Positions 18,715 through 28,767 of a stretch of 64,000 bases of DNA are shown one piece after another. A program made the translations under genes and the position numbers. Below the pieces are notes generated by a model. The model was not told the origin of the DNA and did not search any database. It saw nothing but the letters and a program-made list of their open reading frames with translations. The DNA comes from an uncultured Chlamydiae bacterium. Its GTDB lineage: Bacteria > Chlamydiota > Chlamydiia > Chlamydiales > SM23-39. Location of the stretch: the NCBI GenBank assembly GCA_963828125.1, contig CAWHDP010000002.1, positions 1,024,001 through 1,088,000 on the forward strand, read 5' to 3'. The first letter of the stretch is position 1. Every line of letters starts with the position of its first letter.

Positions 18715-20295
18715 ATGGCCAATGTCCAGTTCAAGGGTGAGTCATTTTCGGTCTATTCAATAAAAAGTGTTTTGACTTATGCTCCGAAAAAAGGAGATCC
18801 CTTGCACCTCATCTTCCTGCTCGCCGCCTCCCTCTCTGCTCTCTACTCGACCCTCGATCCCACCTCGGTGTCGCAACACTTCGCCTTTTACGAGCTCTAC
18901 CCAAAAACCCCTGAGGGGCGCCAGGCCCTTTTGCATGCCTGGGAGTTACTGAGCGGCGGCTGCGCCGATTGCGATCCTGAACTGATCCTCCCCTCTTTAG
19001 ATCCGAAACCGCTGATCAACTTCGTCAACCGGAGCGCCCAGGATGCGGCTCCGCTCCTCAACGAAGAGCAGCTGGCGGTCATCGAAAAGCTCTCTCGCCA
19101 TCTCCTCAATCGACAATTGAAGGGGTTCGGCCTCTGGGACGAGGCAGCGCTGTTTGCCTTGCCGACAGAGGAGATCGATCTGGCGCGAGGACTGCTTCTG
19201 GCCGAGATGGGAGGAGGGGACGAGGCGAGACAAAAAGTGCGGAGCTATGAGGCGAGTTTGGATCTGATGGCCCTCCAAATTTACGCGCGGCTGAAGAGCG
19301 ATGCGACGCCGCTTGAAAAAGTGCGGGCGATGAACGACTATATTTTCTCCGAGATGCGCTTCCGCTTCCCGCCCCATTCATTGCACGCGAAAGACATCGA
19401 CGTCTATACATTCCTCCCGTCTGTGCTCGATAGCAGACGGGGGGTCTGCTTGGGGGTCTCGATTCTCTATCTATGCCTGGCGCAGCGGCTCGGGGTGGAG
19501 CTCGAAGCGATCACGCCGCCAGGCCACATCTATGTCCGGCATGTGGCGCCAGATGGAGAGATCGTCAACATCGAGACTACCGCGAGGGGGATCGACGTCC
19601 CCTCCGAAATGTATTTGGGAATGGAGACGAGAAAACTGCAAAAACGGGACATCCGGCAGGTGATCGGCCTTGCCTTCATGAACCAGGCGGCTGTCAGTTG
19701 GCACCGGAATGACCCGGAAACAGCGATCGCCCTCTATGAAAAGGCCCGCCCATTTATGGGAGACGATTATTTGTTGAACATGTTCTTGGGATTCAACTAC
19801 CTCTTCGTAGGGAGAGAAGAGGAGGGGCGGGCTTTGTTGAAGCGGGTGAAGGGGGTCGTTCCTGACCATGCGATTGTAGGCGATACGGTGGCCGAGGACT
19901 TTTTGGCAGGATGGGCAAGTCCCGAGGCGATCCAGGCTATTTATTCAGAGGTGGACGAGAGCAGAGAATCGATTGTGGAAAAACAGAAAAAATTGGAAAC
20001 AATCGTCAGAGAGCATCCCCAATTCAGACAGGGGGTCTTCCATCTCGCCACAACTTGGCTGCAGCTCGGACGGGAAAAAGAGGCTCTCCCCATTTTGGAA
20101 AAGTACATTGAGATGAATCCCCAAGATCCAACCGTAAATTACTACATCGCCGCGATCCATTTCCAGCGCTACAATTTCAATAAAGCTTGGAGCTATCTAA
20201 AAGCCTCTGAGCAGATCGTCTTCGCAAAAGACCATAAGCCCCGCGCCCTCAAAGAGCTGCGGGCTTCCCTACAGAGAGCTTGCCCAGAACCTTGA
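18715..20295 (+). CDS. Transglutaminase-like (SirB1-type) + TPR protein; true start probably ~18802
   Basis: VLDSRRGVCLGVSILY, TPPGHIYVR, NIETT; TPR-like C-terminus; a similar gene neighbours clpB in Chlamydiae. Confidence 0.8.
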   Translation: MANVQFKGESFSVYSIKSVLTYAPKKGDPLHLIFLLAASLSALYSTLDPTSVSQHFAFYELYPKTPEGRQALLHAWELLSGGCADCDPELILPSLDPKPLINFVNRSAQDAAPLLNEEQLAVIEKLSRHLLNRQLKGFGLWDEAALFALPTEEIDLARGLLLAEMGGGDEARQKVRSYEASLDLMALQIYARLKSDATPLEKVRAMNDYIFSEMRFRFPPHSLHAKDIDVYTFLPSVLDSRRGVCLGVSILYLCLAQRLGVELEAITPPGHIYVRHVAPDGEIVNIETTARGIDVPSEMYLGMETRKLQKRDIRQVIGLAFMNQAAVSWHRNDPETAIALYEKARPFMGDDYLLNMFLGFNYLFVGREEEGRALLKRVKGVVPDHAIVGDTVAEDFLAGWASPEAIQAIYSEVDESRESIVEKQKKLETIVREHPQFRQGVFHLATTWLQLGREKEALPILEKYIEMNPQDPTVNYYIAAIHFQRYNFNKAWSYLKASEQIVFAKDHKPRALKELRASLQRACPEP

Positions 20296-20331
20296 TCTCG
20301 TCTATAATCGGGGCAAAATCTGAGGGGTTTC

Positions 20332-20730
20332 ATGTTAGCCGTGATACTGGCGGCAGCCATCGCGTTCGATTCGAGTATGACTGATGAAGAATGGGAGCAG
20401 ACCGGCTTGATCAAACTCACGCTACAAGAGAGGATGGCCCTGCAAGAATGGATGGAAGAGCGCTACTCAAAAAAAATGGCGGCCCAAGACAAAAAGTCGG
20501 CTCCTGTTCTGCAAGAGGTTCTCAAAAATGGCCGGTTTGTCCGGCTCAGCGACCATTCCCTCTGGGAGATCGACGGCCAAGACACCCCGATCACGCAAGG
20601 GTGGATCACCCCTGCAGAAATATCTGCTGCGTCTAATGGAGACGCAGCGTACCCTTATACTCTCACAAATAGCCTGACCGGCTCCACCGTCAGAGCGCGT
20701 AAGGCTCAAAGTATTAACCCTGGTAAATGA
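20332..20730 (+). CDS. Hypothetical exported protein
   Basis: Hydrophobic N-terminus, GAGG RBS, fits operon spacing before clpB. Confidence 0.6.
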   Translation: MLAVILAAAIAFDSSMTDEEWEQTGLIKLTLQERMALQEWMEERYSKKMAAQDKKSAPVLQEVLKNGRFVRLSDHSLWEIDGQDTPITQGWITPAEISAASNGDAAYPYTLTNSLTGSTVRARKAQSINPGK

Positions 20731-20740
20731 GGAATGAACG

Positions 20741-23317
20741 ATGGCTCCGCAATTCACTGAAGCTGTGACCCAAGCCCTCGAAGAGGCGTTCCAATACGCT
20801 CAAACACATCGGCATGTTGAGCTGAACGAAAACCACCTCCTCCGCGCCCTTCTCCTCGATGGGCAGGGGTACTTCGCCTCCATCCTTTCATCGGTTGGAC
20901 TCGATGGAACCCTTCTGTTGAATCAAATAGAAACGGCTCTCGGAAGCGTCCCCACCTATTCCGGCGAGCCGAGCCCACCGCAGATCAGCGTCGGTCTTCA
21001 GCACAAGATCCAAGAAGCGGAAAAGTTTGCTAAGGCATTTCACGACACTTACATCAGCAGCGATCACCTGCTCCTCGCTTATTGGGATAAACCGATCGAA
21101 CCGTTCGCCTCTTGGAAAAAGATCTCAAAAAAATCGCTCAAAGAGATTGAGGCCGAAATCAAAAAACTGCGCGGCTCCAGACACATGGACTCCCCGAGCG
21201 CTGAAGGGAACATGAAGGCCCTCGAAAAATATTGCAAAAATTTGACCGCCCTCGCCAGGGAAGGGAAACTCGATCCGGTCATAGGGCGAGACGAAGAGAT
21301 CCGTCGGACCATTCAGGTGCTATCGAGAAGGACGAAAAATAACCCTATGCTCATCGGCGAGCCGGGCGTGGGCAAAACAGCGATCGCCGAAGGACTTGCC
21401 ACCCGGATTATCCAGGGCGATATCCCCGACTCGCTCAAGGGCAAAGAACTGATGGTTCTCGATATGGGAAACCTCATCGCCGGCACAAAATTCCGCGGCG
21501 AGTTTGAAGAGCGGCTCAAGAGCATTTTAGATGAGATCGAAAAGAGCGAGGGGAATATTATTTTATTCATTGACGAGGTGCATACGCTCGTCGGCGCAGG
21601 GGCCTCGGAAGGGTCGATGGACGCCGCCAATTTATTAAAACCGGCGCTCGCCCGCGGTCTCCTCCATTGCATTGGAGCGACCACTCTGAACGAATACCAG
21701 AAATACATCGAAAAAGACGCCGCTTTAGAACGCCGTTTTCAGCCGGTCATGATCCCCGAACCGACCCTTGAAGATTCGATCGCGATCCTCCGCGGATTGA
21801 AGGAGCGCTTTGAGATTTTCCACGGGGTCCGGATCACCGAAAAAGCCCTCCACGCCGCCGTGTTTTTATCCTCCCGCTACATCACCGATAGGCGCCTTCC
21901 CGACAAGGCGATCGATTTGATCGACGAGGCGGCGAGCCTCATCCGGATGCAGATCGGAAGCCTCCCCTTGCCCATCGACAGAAAAGAGCGCGAACTGGCC
22001 GCTTTGATTGTGAGACAAGAGGCGACGAAAGAGACGGGAGACAGCGAAAAGATCGGCAAGCTGAAAGAGGAACTCGGAACTCTTCGGGCAAAGTGGAACC
22101 AGGAAAAAGCGCTCATCCAAACAGTGAAAGAGAAAAAAGACGCCCTCGAAAAGCTCCGCTTTCAAGAAGAGGAGGCGGAGAGAAAAGTCGATTACAATAA
22201 AGTCGCCGAGATCCGCTATGCCAAAATCCCCGCTATGGAAAAACAGATCAGCGAAGGGCAAAAGGCCCTCGAGGGGCTGAAAGATCGGCTCCTCCAAGAG
22301 GAGGTCGACGAGAACCTCATTGCCCAAATTGTCGGCAAATGGACTGGCGTCCCAGTGGAAAAAATGTTGGAAAAAGAGACGCAGAAAATTTTACAGCTCG
22401 AGAATTATTTGGCAAAGAGAGTCATCGGTCAGCCGCTCGCCGTCAAAGCGGTGAGCGAGGCGATCCGGAGATCGCGCGCGGGCCTCAGCGATCCGCAGCG
22501 GCCGATCGGCGTCTTCCTCTTCATCGGCCCCACTGGCGTCGGCAAGACGGAGCTGGTCAAGGCCCTCGCCGAACAGCTCTTCGACAAAGAAGACGCCATC
22601 ATCCGGCTCGATATGTCCGAGTACATGGAAAAGCACAGCGTATCGCGGCTCGTCGGCTCGCCCCCCGGCTATGTCGGTTATGAAGAAGGGGGCCAGCTCA
22701 CCGAAGCCCTCCGCCGCAGGCCCTATTCGGTCGTCCTCCTCGATGAGCTAGAAAAAGCCCATCCAGACGTCTTCAACATCCTCCTCCAGATCTTTGATGA
22801 AGGGCGCCTCACCGACAGCAAAGGGCGCAAAATCAATTGCAAAAACGCCCTCTTCATCATGACCTCGAATCTCGGGTCGGATCTGCTGCTGAAAAAACCG
22901 TCCGCAAACAAAGAAGAGCTCCTCGCCATCGTCGATCCTAAACTCAAAGCCACCTTCCGCCCCGAGTTTCTCAACCGGCTCGATGAGATCCTCCCCTTCC
23001 TCCCCCTCAAACCACAAGATATGGAGGCGATCGTCACCATCCAGCTCAAGCGGGTAGCTGGCCGTCTTCTCGACAAACAGATCACCCTGAAATGGGATCC
23101 AAAAGTGTTGAGGTATCTCGCCGAAGAAGGGTACGATCCCGCCTTTGGCGCCCGCCCCCTCAAACGGCTGATCCAACAGGAGGTGGTCAACCTCTTCGCC
23201 ACCGCCATATTGGAGGACAAAATTCCCAAGAATAGCGAAATTCTTCTGACAGGCGAGAAAGAGGACGACCATTTTGCCGTTGGCTACGAAATCAAGAATA
23301 AAGCTGGAAGAGCTTAA
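20741..23317 (+). CDS. clpB: ATP-dependent disaggregase ClpB
   Basis: [29 protein letters not shown], coiled-coil M domain, [32 protein letters not shown]. Confidence 0.97.
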   Translation: MAPQFTEAVTQALEEAFQYAQTHRHVELNENHLLRALLLDGQGYFASILSSVGLDGTLLLNQIETALGSVPTYSGEPSPPQISVGLQHKIQEAEKFAKAFHDTYISSDHLLLAYWDKPIEPFASWKKISKKSLKEIEAEIKKLRGSRHMDSPSAEGNMKALEKYCKNLTALAREGKLDPVIGRDEEIRRTIQVLSRRTKNNPMLIGEPGVGKTAIAEGLATRIIQGDIPDSLKGKELMVLDMGNLIAGTKFRGEFEERLKSILDEIEKSEGNIILFIDEVHTLVGAGASEGSMDAANLLKPALARGLLHCIGATTLNEYQKYIEKDAALERRFQPVMIPEPTLEDSIAILRGLKERFEIFHGVRITEKALHAAVFLSSRYITDRRLPDKAIDLIDEAASLIRMQIGSLPLPIDRKERELAALIVRQEATKETGDSEKIGKLKEELGTLRAKWNQEKALIQTVKEKKDALEKLRFQEEEAERKVDYNKVAEIRYAKIPAMEKQISEGQKALEGLKDRLLQEEVDENLIAQIVGKWTGVPVEKMLEKETQKILQLENYLAKRVIGQPLAVKAVSEAIRRSRAGLSDPQRPIGVFLFIGPTGVGKTELVKALAEQLFDKEDAIIRLDMSEYMEKHSVSRLVGSPPGYVGYEEGGQLTEALRRRPYSVVLLDELEKAHPDVFNILLQIFDEGRLTDSKGRKINCKNALFIMTSNLGSDLLLKKPSANKEELLAIVDPKLKATFRPEFLNRLDEILPFLPLKPQDMEAIVTIQLKRVAGRLLDKQITLKWDPKVLRYLAEEGYDPAFGARPLKRLIQQEVVNLFATAILEDKIPKNSEILLTGEKEDDHFAVGYEIKNKAGRA

Positions 23318-26300
23318 AAAGGGCGCTCTGAGGGTAGTCGGCACGGCTTTGCGCTTTCCACTCTAGGATCGTTTTTACAAAGAGCTTTTCGACTTCAGCG
23401 AGGGCGCCTGAATCGCGGAGTTCGGAGAACCAGATTTCGAGGGCTCTGAGTTCCTGTTTTGAATAGTGGGTCTCTCCATTGAAAAATTTCGCTTGCGTTT
23501 TGAGCCTCATAAAATGAGAGGTGGAATGCAAGGTAAGCTCTGAGGGGAAGTCGGCCCCCTCGGCATACAGCCCGTAATCTAGATGGTAAAGAGCTAAACG
23601 GACCCCGTTTTCAAGGAGATCCCTTTCTTTCGATAACCGCTCTTCAAATTGTCTGGCTTCATGTTGGTTGATCAGCATCATCCGCATCTCACCCGTCTCG
23701 AGGTCTTGAATCAGTAGAGCTTCTTGGACGAGGTCTTGGTGTTTCCCAAAGGGGGTGAACGGATAGACCTGGGTCCCCTCGCTTTGAAGGGGGAGAAAGC
23801 TCGCACTGGCAGTGAGACCGGGATCAAAAGGAATAGACAAATTAAATTGTCGGAGCGCCTCTTGTACCGAAATGACAGGGGTCAGTTTTCCTCCATTTTG
23901 GAAACGGGCCAAAGAATAAGAATCTGCGCGAATCAATTTGAGATTGGCTAACGACTGAGCGGGTGAGACAAGAAAATCTGCACGAGAGAGAGGTCCTTCC
24001 CAGGAGACGACGCCCCGCTCGCCATACGCTCTATCGTCTTGAAAAAGAGCTGCTTCGACTTGTACTTCGATCTCCTTTTCAACTTCTGTTTCCTGTTCTT
24101 GTTCTTTTTCGGTCTGAGTTTCAATTTCTACTTCTGTCTCATAGTCCGATATAAAGGAAGAAATCCGGTCGGGCAAGTAAGGGAGCTCTGCGGCGGCAAT
24201 CTCTTTGATATTTTGGCTGATTTCCTCTTGAGCGCTCGGAGTCATCTCCTGCAGCGCTTGGCTTAAGAGAACTTTGGCGACTTGGTTTTCAACAGCTCTC
24301 TCTTTGGGAAGGGAACGGACGATACGGCCATACCGTTCGTAGGGGTCTTTTGCTTTCTCTTTGTAGAAAAGTCCTTCTAAAACTTCCCGTTTGGGCAATG
24401 GTTGAGCCGGATCGGCAATCTGCTTTAAAATAGGCGCAATCAATTCATTTGCAAACTTGAATCCAAGCGCGCGAGCCGAGTGTTCTTTTCCTCGCGCCTG
24501 TTCTTTGAGCCAGCCATATTTAAAGAGATCTCCCGTTTCTAAGGGAAGATCTTTGGATCTGCCGGTTTCTCGATACAGAGCGTCTGCGATAAAGGCCCCC
24601 TCTTCTTCCGGAATGGCGAATTGAACCTTCTGGCCTTGGTGGAGTCCGCGCAATCTCCAGACGGATTGGAGCTGCTCATATGAATGGGTGTGTCTACTGA
24701 TCGTCACAATCGCTGTCGCCGCAGAGCCGAGGGGGATATCGGAGCCGGTGGTATGTTTTTGATCCCAAAATGCGAGGAGTTCTTCTTTCGGAATCGGGCA
24801 GGCTGAATACGCAATCGGTTCGGCTTGATTGCGAGTGAGCACTTTGAGATCGTCTTTTTCGTAATAAACAACCCCTTTCGCATTGGGTGAATTTTCAAGC
24901 AGCCTACGAGCCACTTCTCTATTTTTCATCTGGCGGAAGATCCCTCCCCGGTCTATCAGCGACTGATCGGTTATCCCACTCAAAAGCGGATCGGATCCTT
25001 GGCAAAGGAGGAGAGCCGTTTTTTGGGCTTCGAGCAAGTGGAGAGTGTACTCCCTTGTGTCGGACTGAAACCGCCGATCCAACGCTTTCGGGAATGTTTG
25101 GCTGTTCCAATTCGTTCCGCTAAATCCCCGAATTTCAGCGACGAGAAGGGGGAAGATGTGTCCATTTGTGAAGAGCTGCCGCGGATAGGTGGAGATTTCA
25201 GGAAGAATCCAAGATCTAATCAATTGAAGCTTCAAGCGGGAGGTTTGGTTGATTTTTTGCCGAATCTCTTCTATCTCATTGGGTTTCAGCGTGAAGAGAG
25301 GATATCGATCCGATCCGGCCAGTTCGATGAATCTTTGATAGGAGGGAGCCTGACGAATATCCTTTGTCCTTAATGCGTCGACTTCGCGTAAAACGATTTC
25401 TTTGATCTGATTGAGTTCTCTCTCTACGATTTCAGTCTCAATCCCTTTTACGAGATGGAGAAGGGTCGTGTAGTCGATCATCTCGAGATCTGAGCCAAAT
25501 TGTGAGCTGAGGGCGGGATTTTGACTGCCATGATACGGAATCGAGACTCTCCTGCACCCCTCCCCCTTATGTGAATCCCCGGGAGGAATTGCGCCAAAGT
25601 GTTCATCGATCTGTTTGCTGAGGGCAAGAGGGAGCATCCGGTTGATCTGCTCCTTCAATGTAGCTAGGGTATTTTGCACCTCGCGCGAGGCGATTCGATC
25701 TACATAGAGGCCGGCCTGCTCGCCGCTCTCTTCAAGGAGATAGCTTTTAAGGACTGTTTTTGAGAACGGGGAGAATTCTTCAGCCTCCAGAACTCGATCG
25801 ACGAGGCTCTCTTTCCAATTCGCCTCATAATCGGGGCGCGCAATCGGTTGGCCTGGTTCCCATCCTTTTGCGGAGAGGAGATGGAAAAGCCTCATCGCTC
25901 CGTCGATTTCGGCCATCGAAAGGGGGACTTTTGTTCCGTCGGAGAAATGGTGGGCTTGCAAAACATCGAGGAGAAGGTGCATCTCGTCGAGAATGAGGTT
26001 TCCCCGTTCTTTCATGAAAGCAATGATTTTTCGATACATCGGGGCTTCAGGACTATTTTTGTGAAACGAATCGAGCGCCATTAAGAAGAGAGACTGTAGA
26101 CTTGAGCCGCTCATTGCCACGACTCTCCGTTTTGCAACGGCCCTTTGCAGCCTTTCGTAAATTCTTTCTAAGCGCCTAGCGTCTAAATGAAGGTCACGGT
26201 TAAAAGAGAGGACGTCGATGGAATGGCCAAACGAAGCTCCTAGAGTCGTTTCCAGCGCTTCGGCCATCGACGGCAAAAGTTCGTGCGGCATGACAATCAT

Positions 26301-28715
26301 CGAGAGGTTTTCGCCGTTAGCAGCCCTTAGGGCGAGTAGAGGAAGGAGAACCATCGTTTTGCCAGAACCCATGATCATCTCTTGCGCTGTTCCGGCTTTC
26401 AGATTCTCGATCGCATCGATCTGCGCCTTTCTCAATCGGATATTGTTTCCATATTCGATGAGGAGGAATTCGGGATGTTGTTCCGGAGCATAGGCTCTTC
26501 TCTGCCCCCCCTCTAAGGCGAGCTCTCCAATCAATCTTTCTCCGTCGGCCCCTTCAGCTTTTTGCGCCGCGCTCCATTTTTTGAGGAGCCTTTCCAGATG
26601 TTGCCTTTGGGTGGCGACGATGAGAAATTCTTGTGTTTTCCGATAGAGGGCGTGGCACTCGCCGATGCTTAACGCCGGATTTCTTTGGTGGAGCGCTTGA
26701 GTGTCGAGCGTAAGGAAAAGTTTGAGCAGCTCGGGCATTTCAATCGGCCTTTGATGGTCGCTAAGATACGCTCCCACTTGAGCCAGTCGCGGCATTGCAT
26801 CGGAGTCCAGTCGATTGGCCTCTTTTAAAAGATCGATGGCGAGCTCACCTTCTCGCTCTCTGGCAAGTAGAGCAGCGTTTCTATAGCTCTTTTCAATCTC
26901 CGGCAATCGATGAGCCTCTTTTAACGAATAGCGCTTTGGCGCAGCTTGGGGAGATTGAGCAAATGCTTTGAGCTGTTCGAGCATCGTCCCTTCCGAAGAG
27001 AAGGTCTCAATCAATCTTTGATGCGCTGCCGCATAGGGAAAAAAGGAATGGACGGAAAAAAGGGATTCTAGGGCTACGTCAGGGATCGCCAGCGAAGAGG
27101 GCAAACGAGTCGATTGGCCTCTCCAAATAGAAGTGGGGCGCTCCTCCTCTGAAGAAGGGAGAATTTGATAAGGGGGATATGGAGGGCGCTCCAGATAGAG
27201 GAGGGAATATTTAGCCAAAGGGTCTGTCAGTTTTGAGTGGATCCATCTACTCATCTCGACGCTAAAAGGGTATTTGGCTTGATATTGCAAAACGGACAGC
27301 ATCTCAGACGCTTCAGGAAAATCGGAAGGGTGATCCATGACCCCGAGGAGGAGCGCTGCAATCGCTCTTTCAGAGGGATGTGATTCACTCCTAGCAACCA
27401 TCTTCAAACTATCATAGATTTCTTGCCGCATTTGAGCTGGAGACGGAACCTCTTTTCCTGGGAAAAATTTCAGATAGAGGCGGCTTAAGCTCTCTTGTGT
27501 CGGGTTTTGCGCACAAGCGTAGGCTTCGCAAATAAAATTGTGATTCCAATCTTGAGCTCTCAAAAATGAAAATGCTATTGGTTCGATGTTCTGATCTACT
27601 TTCAAAAGTTTCGCCGCTTCCTCAGGATCAGTGAGTAGACGCAAAGCCTTTTGGTCTGCCTCCGCAGCCTCTTTGGAGCGTGAAAAAGAGTAAAGTTCTA
27701 GCTGGTTTGTTCTCGATCGAATTTGTGGCCATGCCGATTGTGTAAAAGATCTAGAAAGACGAGTTTCTTCTTCCGGCGTGGGAAGAAACCGAGGCGGCGT
27801 CTGATCCCATTTTTGGAGCAGATTGGCATAATGCGAGTCGGAAAGCTGGTGCGGTTCCCCAAAATAGAAATGCTCTTGATCGCGCAACAGAAGAAGCTCT
27901 GCTTTTACGCGGAGGGCGATGGCTCTCGGATCGGGATCTTGAATGATTTTATCTACGCTTGAAAGCCAGTGTAAAATCTCCCTCTCCATTGCGTGTAGAG
28001 GGCGGAGCTCCGAATCAGTTCCTACGAGTCGATCCCAAGCCTCGTCGTAACGCTGTTCGGTTGCAAAAAGGTAGGCTAGATAAAGACGGGCCGCTGGGCT
28101 TTTCGGACGAGGCTCGCCGTTTGTATCGAGTTCGAATGCGAGCAGGGGCGCCGATTGCCTCTTGTCGAAGGGCGAATCTGTTTGTAGCCCTTTCCCCGGT
28201 TGTACCGTTCGAGGGTAGGCTGGGATCAGGACGAGTTTTTTAGCCCCATTTTCTAATGTAAGGTAGTTGTTTAAATTGCCGAACGATTCGACATACTGTT
28301 CATTCGCAATTCGGTATCCATCGAACAGCGGACTCGAAGCGCGTCCTTCAACGTCAATATCAAAGCGGAGGGAGAGTCTCGGGAGTTCGATTTGCTTAAT
28401 CTTCCCATTTTCCGGATCGATCCAATGGAGCGCATAGTGAGCATCTTCAATCCTGAGGATCGGATTTGAAAGGGGGGTTTTCGGACTTCCAAGCCTCCAT
28501 CCTGTATCGACACGATGCGCCTCGCCGATTTCCGATCCGTCGAAAGAGGCCCGAATCTGATCTCCAATCCAAAGGATGTGGGGAGAATCGAGCGACATCC
28601 AATGCTCCTTTTCTCGTAACGCTTCGGGAAGAGAAGCAAGGGGTCCGATTTTTTGAAACCATCTCCCCTCCTTCTCTTTTTGGATAATGAGAGCCTCCCC
28701 CGATTCGAGAAACAC
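23292..28715 (-). CDS. C-terminal part of giant DUF3638-type protein with SF2 helicase-like P-loop
   Basis: LLIEYGNNIRLRKAQ, EMIMGSGKT (Walker A), LILDEMH (Walker B), GFSGT, HTTGSDI, QSVWRLR, Glu-rich ETEVEIETQTEKEQEQE. Confidence 0.75.
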   Translation of the reverse strand: MFLESGEALIIQKEKEGRWFQKIGPLASLPEALREKEHWMSLDSPHILWIGDQIRASFDGSEIGEAHRVDTGWRLGSPKTPLSNPILRIEDAHYALHWIDPENGKIKQIELPRLSLRFDIDVEGRASSPLFDGYRIANEQYVESFGNLNNYLTLENGAKKLVLIPAYPRTVQPGKGLQTDSPFDKRQSAPLLAFELDTNGEPRPKSPAARLYLAYLFATEQRYDEAWDRLVGTDSELRPLHAMEREILHWLSSVDKIIQDPDPRAIALRVKAELLLLRDQEHFYFGEPHQLSDSHYANLLQKWDQTPPRFLPTPEEETRLSRSFTQSAWPQIRSRTNQLELYSFSRSKEAAEADQKALRLLTDPEEAAKLLKVDQNIEPIAFSFLRAQDWNHNFICEAYACAQNPTQESLSRLYLKFFPGKEVPSPAQMRQEIYDSLKMVARSESHPSERAIAALLLGVMDHPSDFPEASEMLSVLQYQAKYPFSVEMSRWIHSKLTDPLAKYSLLYLERPPYPPYQILPSSEEERPTSIWRGQSTRLPSSLAIPDVALESLFSVHSFFPYAAAHQRLIETFSSEGTMLEQLKAFAQSPQAAPKRYSLKEAHRLPEIEKSYRNAALLAREREGELAIDLLKEANRLDSDAMPRLAQVGAYLSDHQRPIEMPELLKLFLTLDTQALHQRNPALSIGECHALYRKTQEFLIVATQRQHLERLLKKWSAAQKAEGADGERLIGELALEGGQRRAYAPEQHPEFLLIEYGNNIRLRKAQIDAIENLKAGTAQEMIMGSGKTMVLLPLLALRAANGENLSMIVMPHELLPSMAEALETTLGASFGHSIDVLSFNRDLHLDARRLERIYERLQRAVAKRRVVAMSGSSLQSLFLMALDSFHKNSPEAPMYRKIIAFMKERGNLILDEMHLLLDVLQAHHFSDGTKVPLSMAEIDGAMRLFHLLSAKGWEPGQPIARPDYEANWKESLVDRVLEAEEFSPFSKTVLKSYLLEESGEQAGLYVDRIASREVQNTLATLKEQINRMLPLALSKQIDEHFGAIPPGDSHKGEGCRRVSIPYHGSQNPALSSQFGSDLEMIDYTTLLHLVKGIETEIVERELNQIKEIVLREVDALRTKDIRQAPSYQRFIELAGSDRYPLFTLKPNEIEEIRQKINQTSRLKLQLIRSWILPEISTYPRQLFTNGHIFPLLVAEIRGFSGTNWNSQTFPKALDRRFQSDTREYTLHLLEAQKTALLLCQGSDPLLSGITDQSLIDRGGIFRQMKNREVARRLLENSPNAKGVVYYEKDDLKVLTRNQAEPIAYSACPIPKEELLAFWDQKHTTGSDIPLGSAATAIVTISRHTHSYEQLQSVWRLRGLHQGQKVQFAIPEEEGAFIADALYRETGRSKDLPLETGDLFKYGWLKEQARGKEHSARALGFKFANELIAPILKQIADPAQPLPKREVLEGLFYKEKAKDPYERYGRIVRSLPKERAVENQVAKVLLSQALQEMTPSAQEEISQNIKEIAAAELPYLPDRISSFISDYETEVEIETQTEKEQEQETEVEKEIEVQVEAALFQDDRAYGERGVVSWEGPLSRADFLVSPAQSLANLKLIRADSYSLARFQNGGKLTPVISVQEALRQFNLSIPFDPGLTASASFLPLQSEGTQVYPFTPFGKHQDLVQEALLIQDLETGEMRMMLINQHEARQFEERLSKERDLLENGVRLALYHLDYGLYAEGADFPSELTLHSTSHFMRLKTQAKFFNGETHYSKQELRALEIWFSELRDSGALAEVEKLFVKTILEWKAQSRADYPQSALFKLFQLYS

Positions 28716-28767
28716 TCTTATTTTTTCCCCATTCTTCGAAGAAAATTCAAATATGTTGGGCTCTATT

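Noticed and set aside
20754..23344. Antisense ORFs over clpB and similar short ORFs nested in long genes
   Set aside because: Shadow frames of strongly supported genes with no motifs
24040..24145. Glu-rich low-complexity stretch as a DNA repeat
   Set aside because: Explained by protein-level composition within the giant ORF
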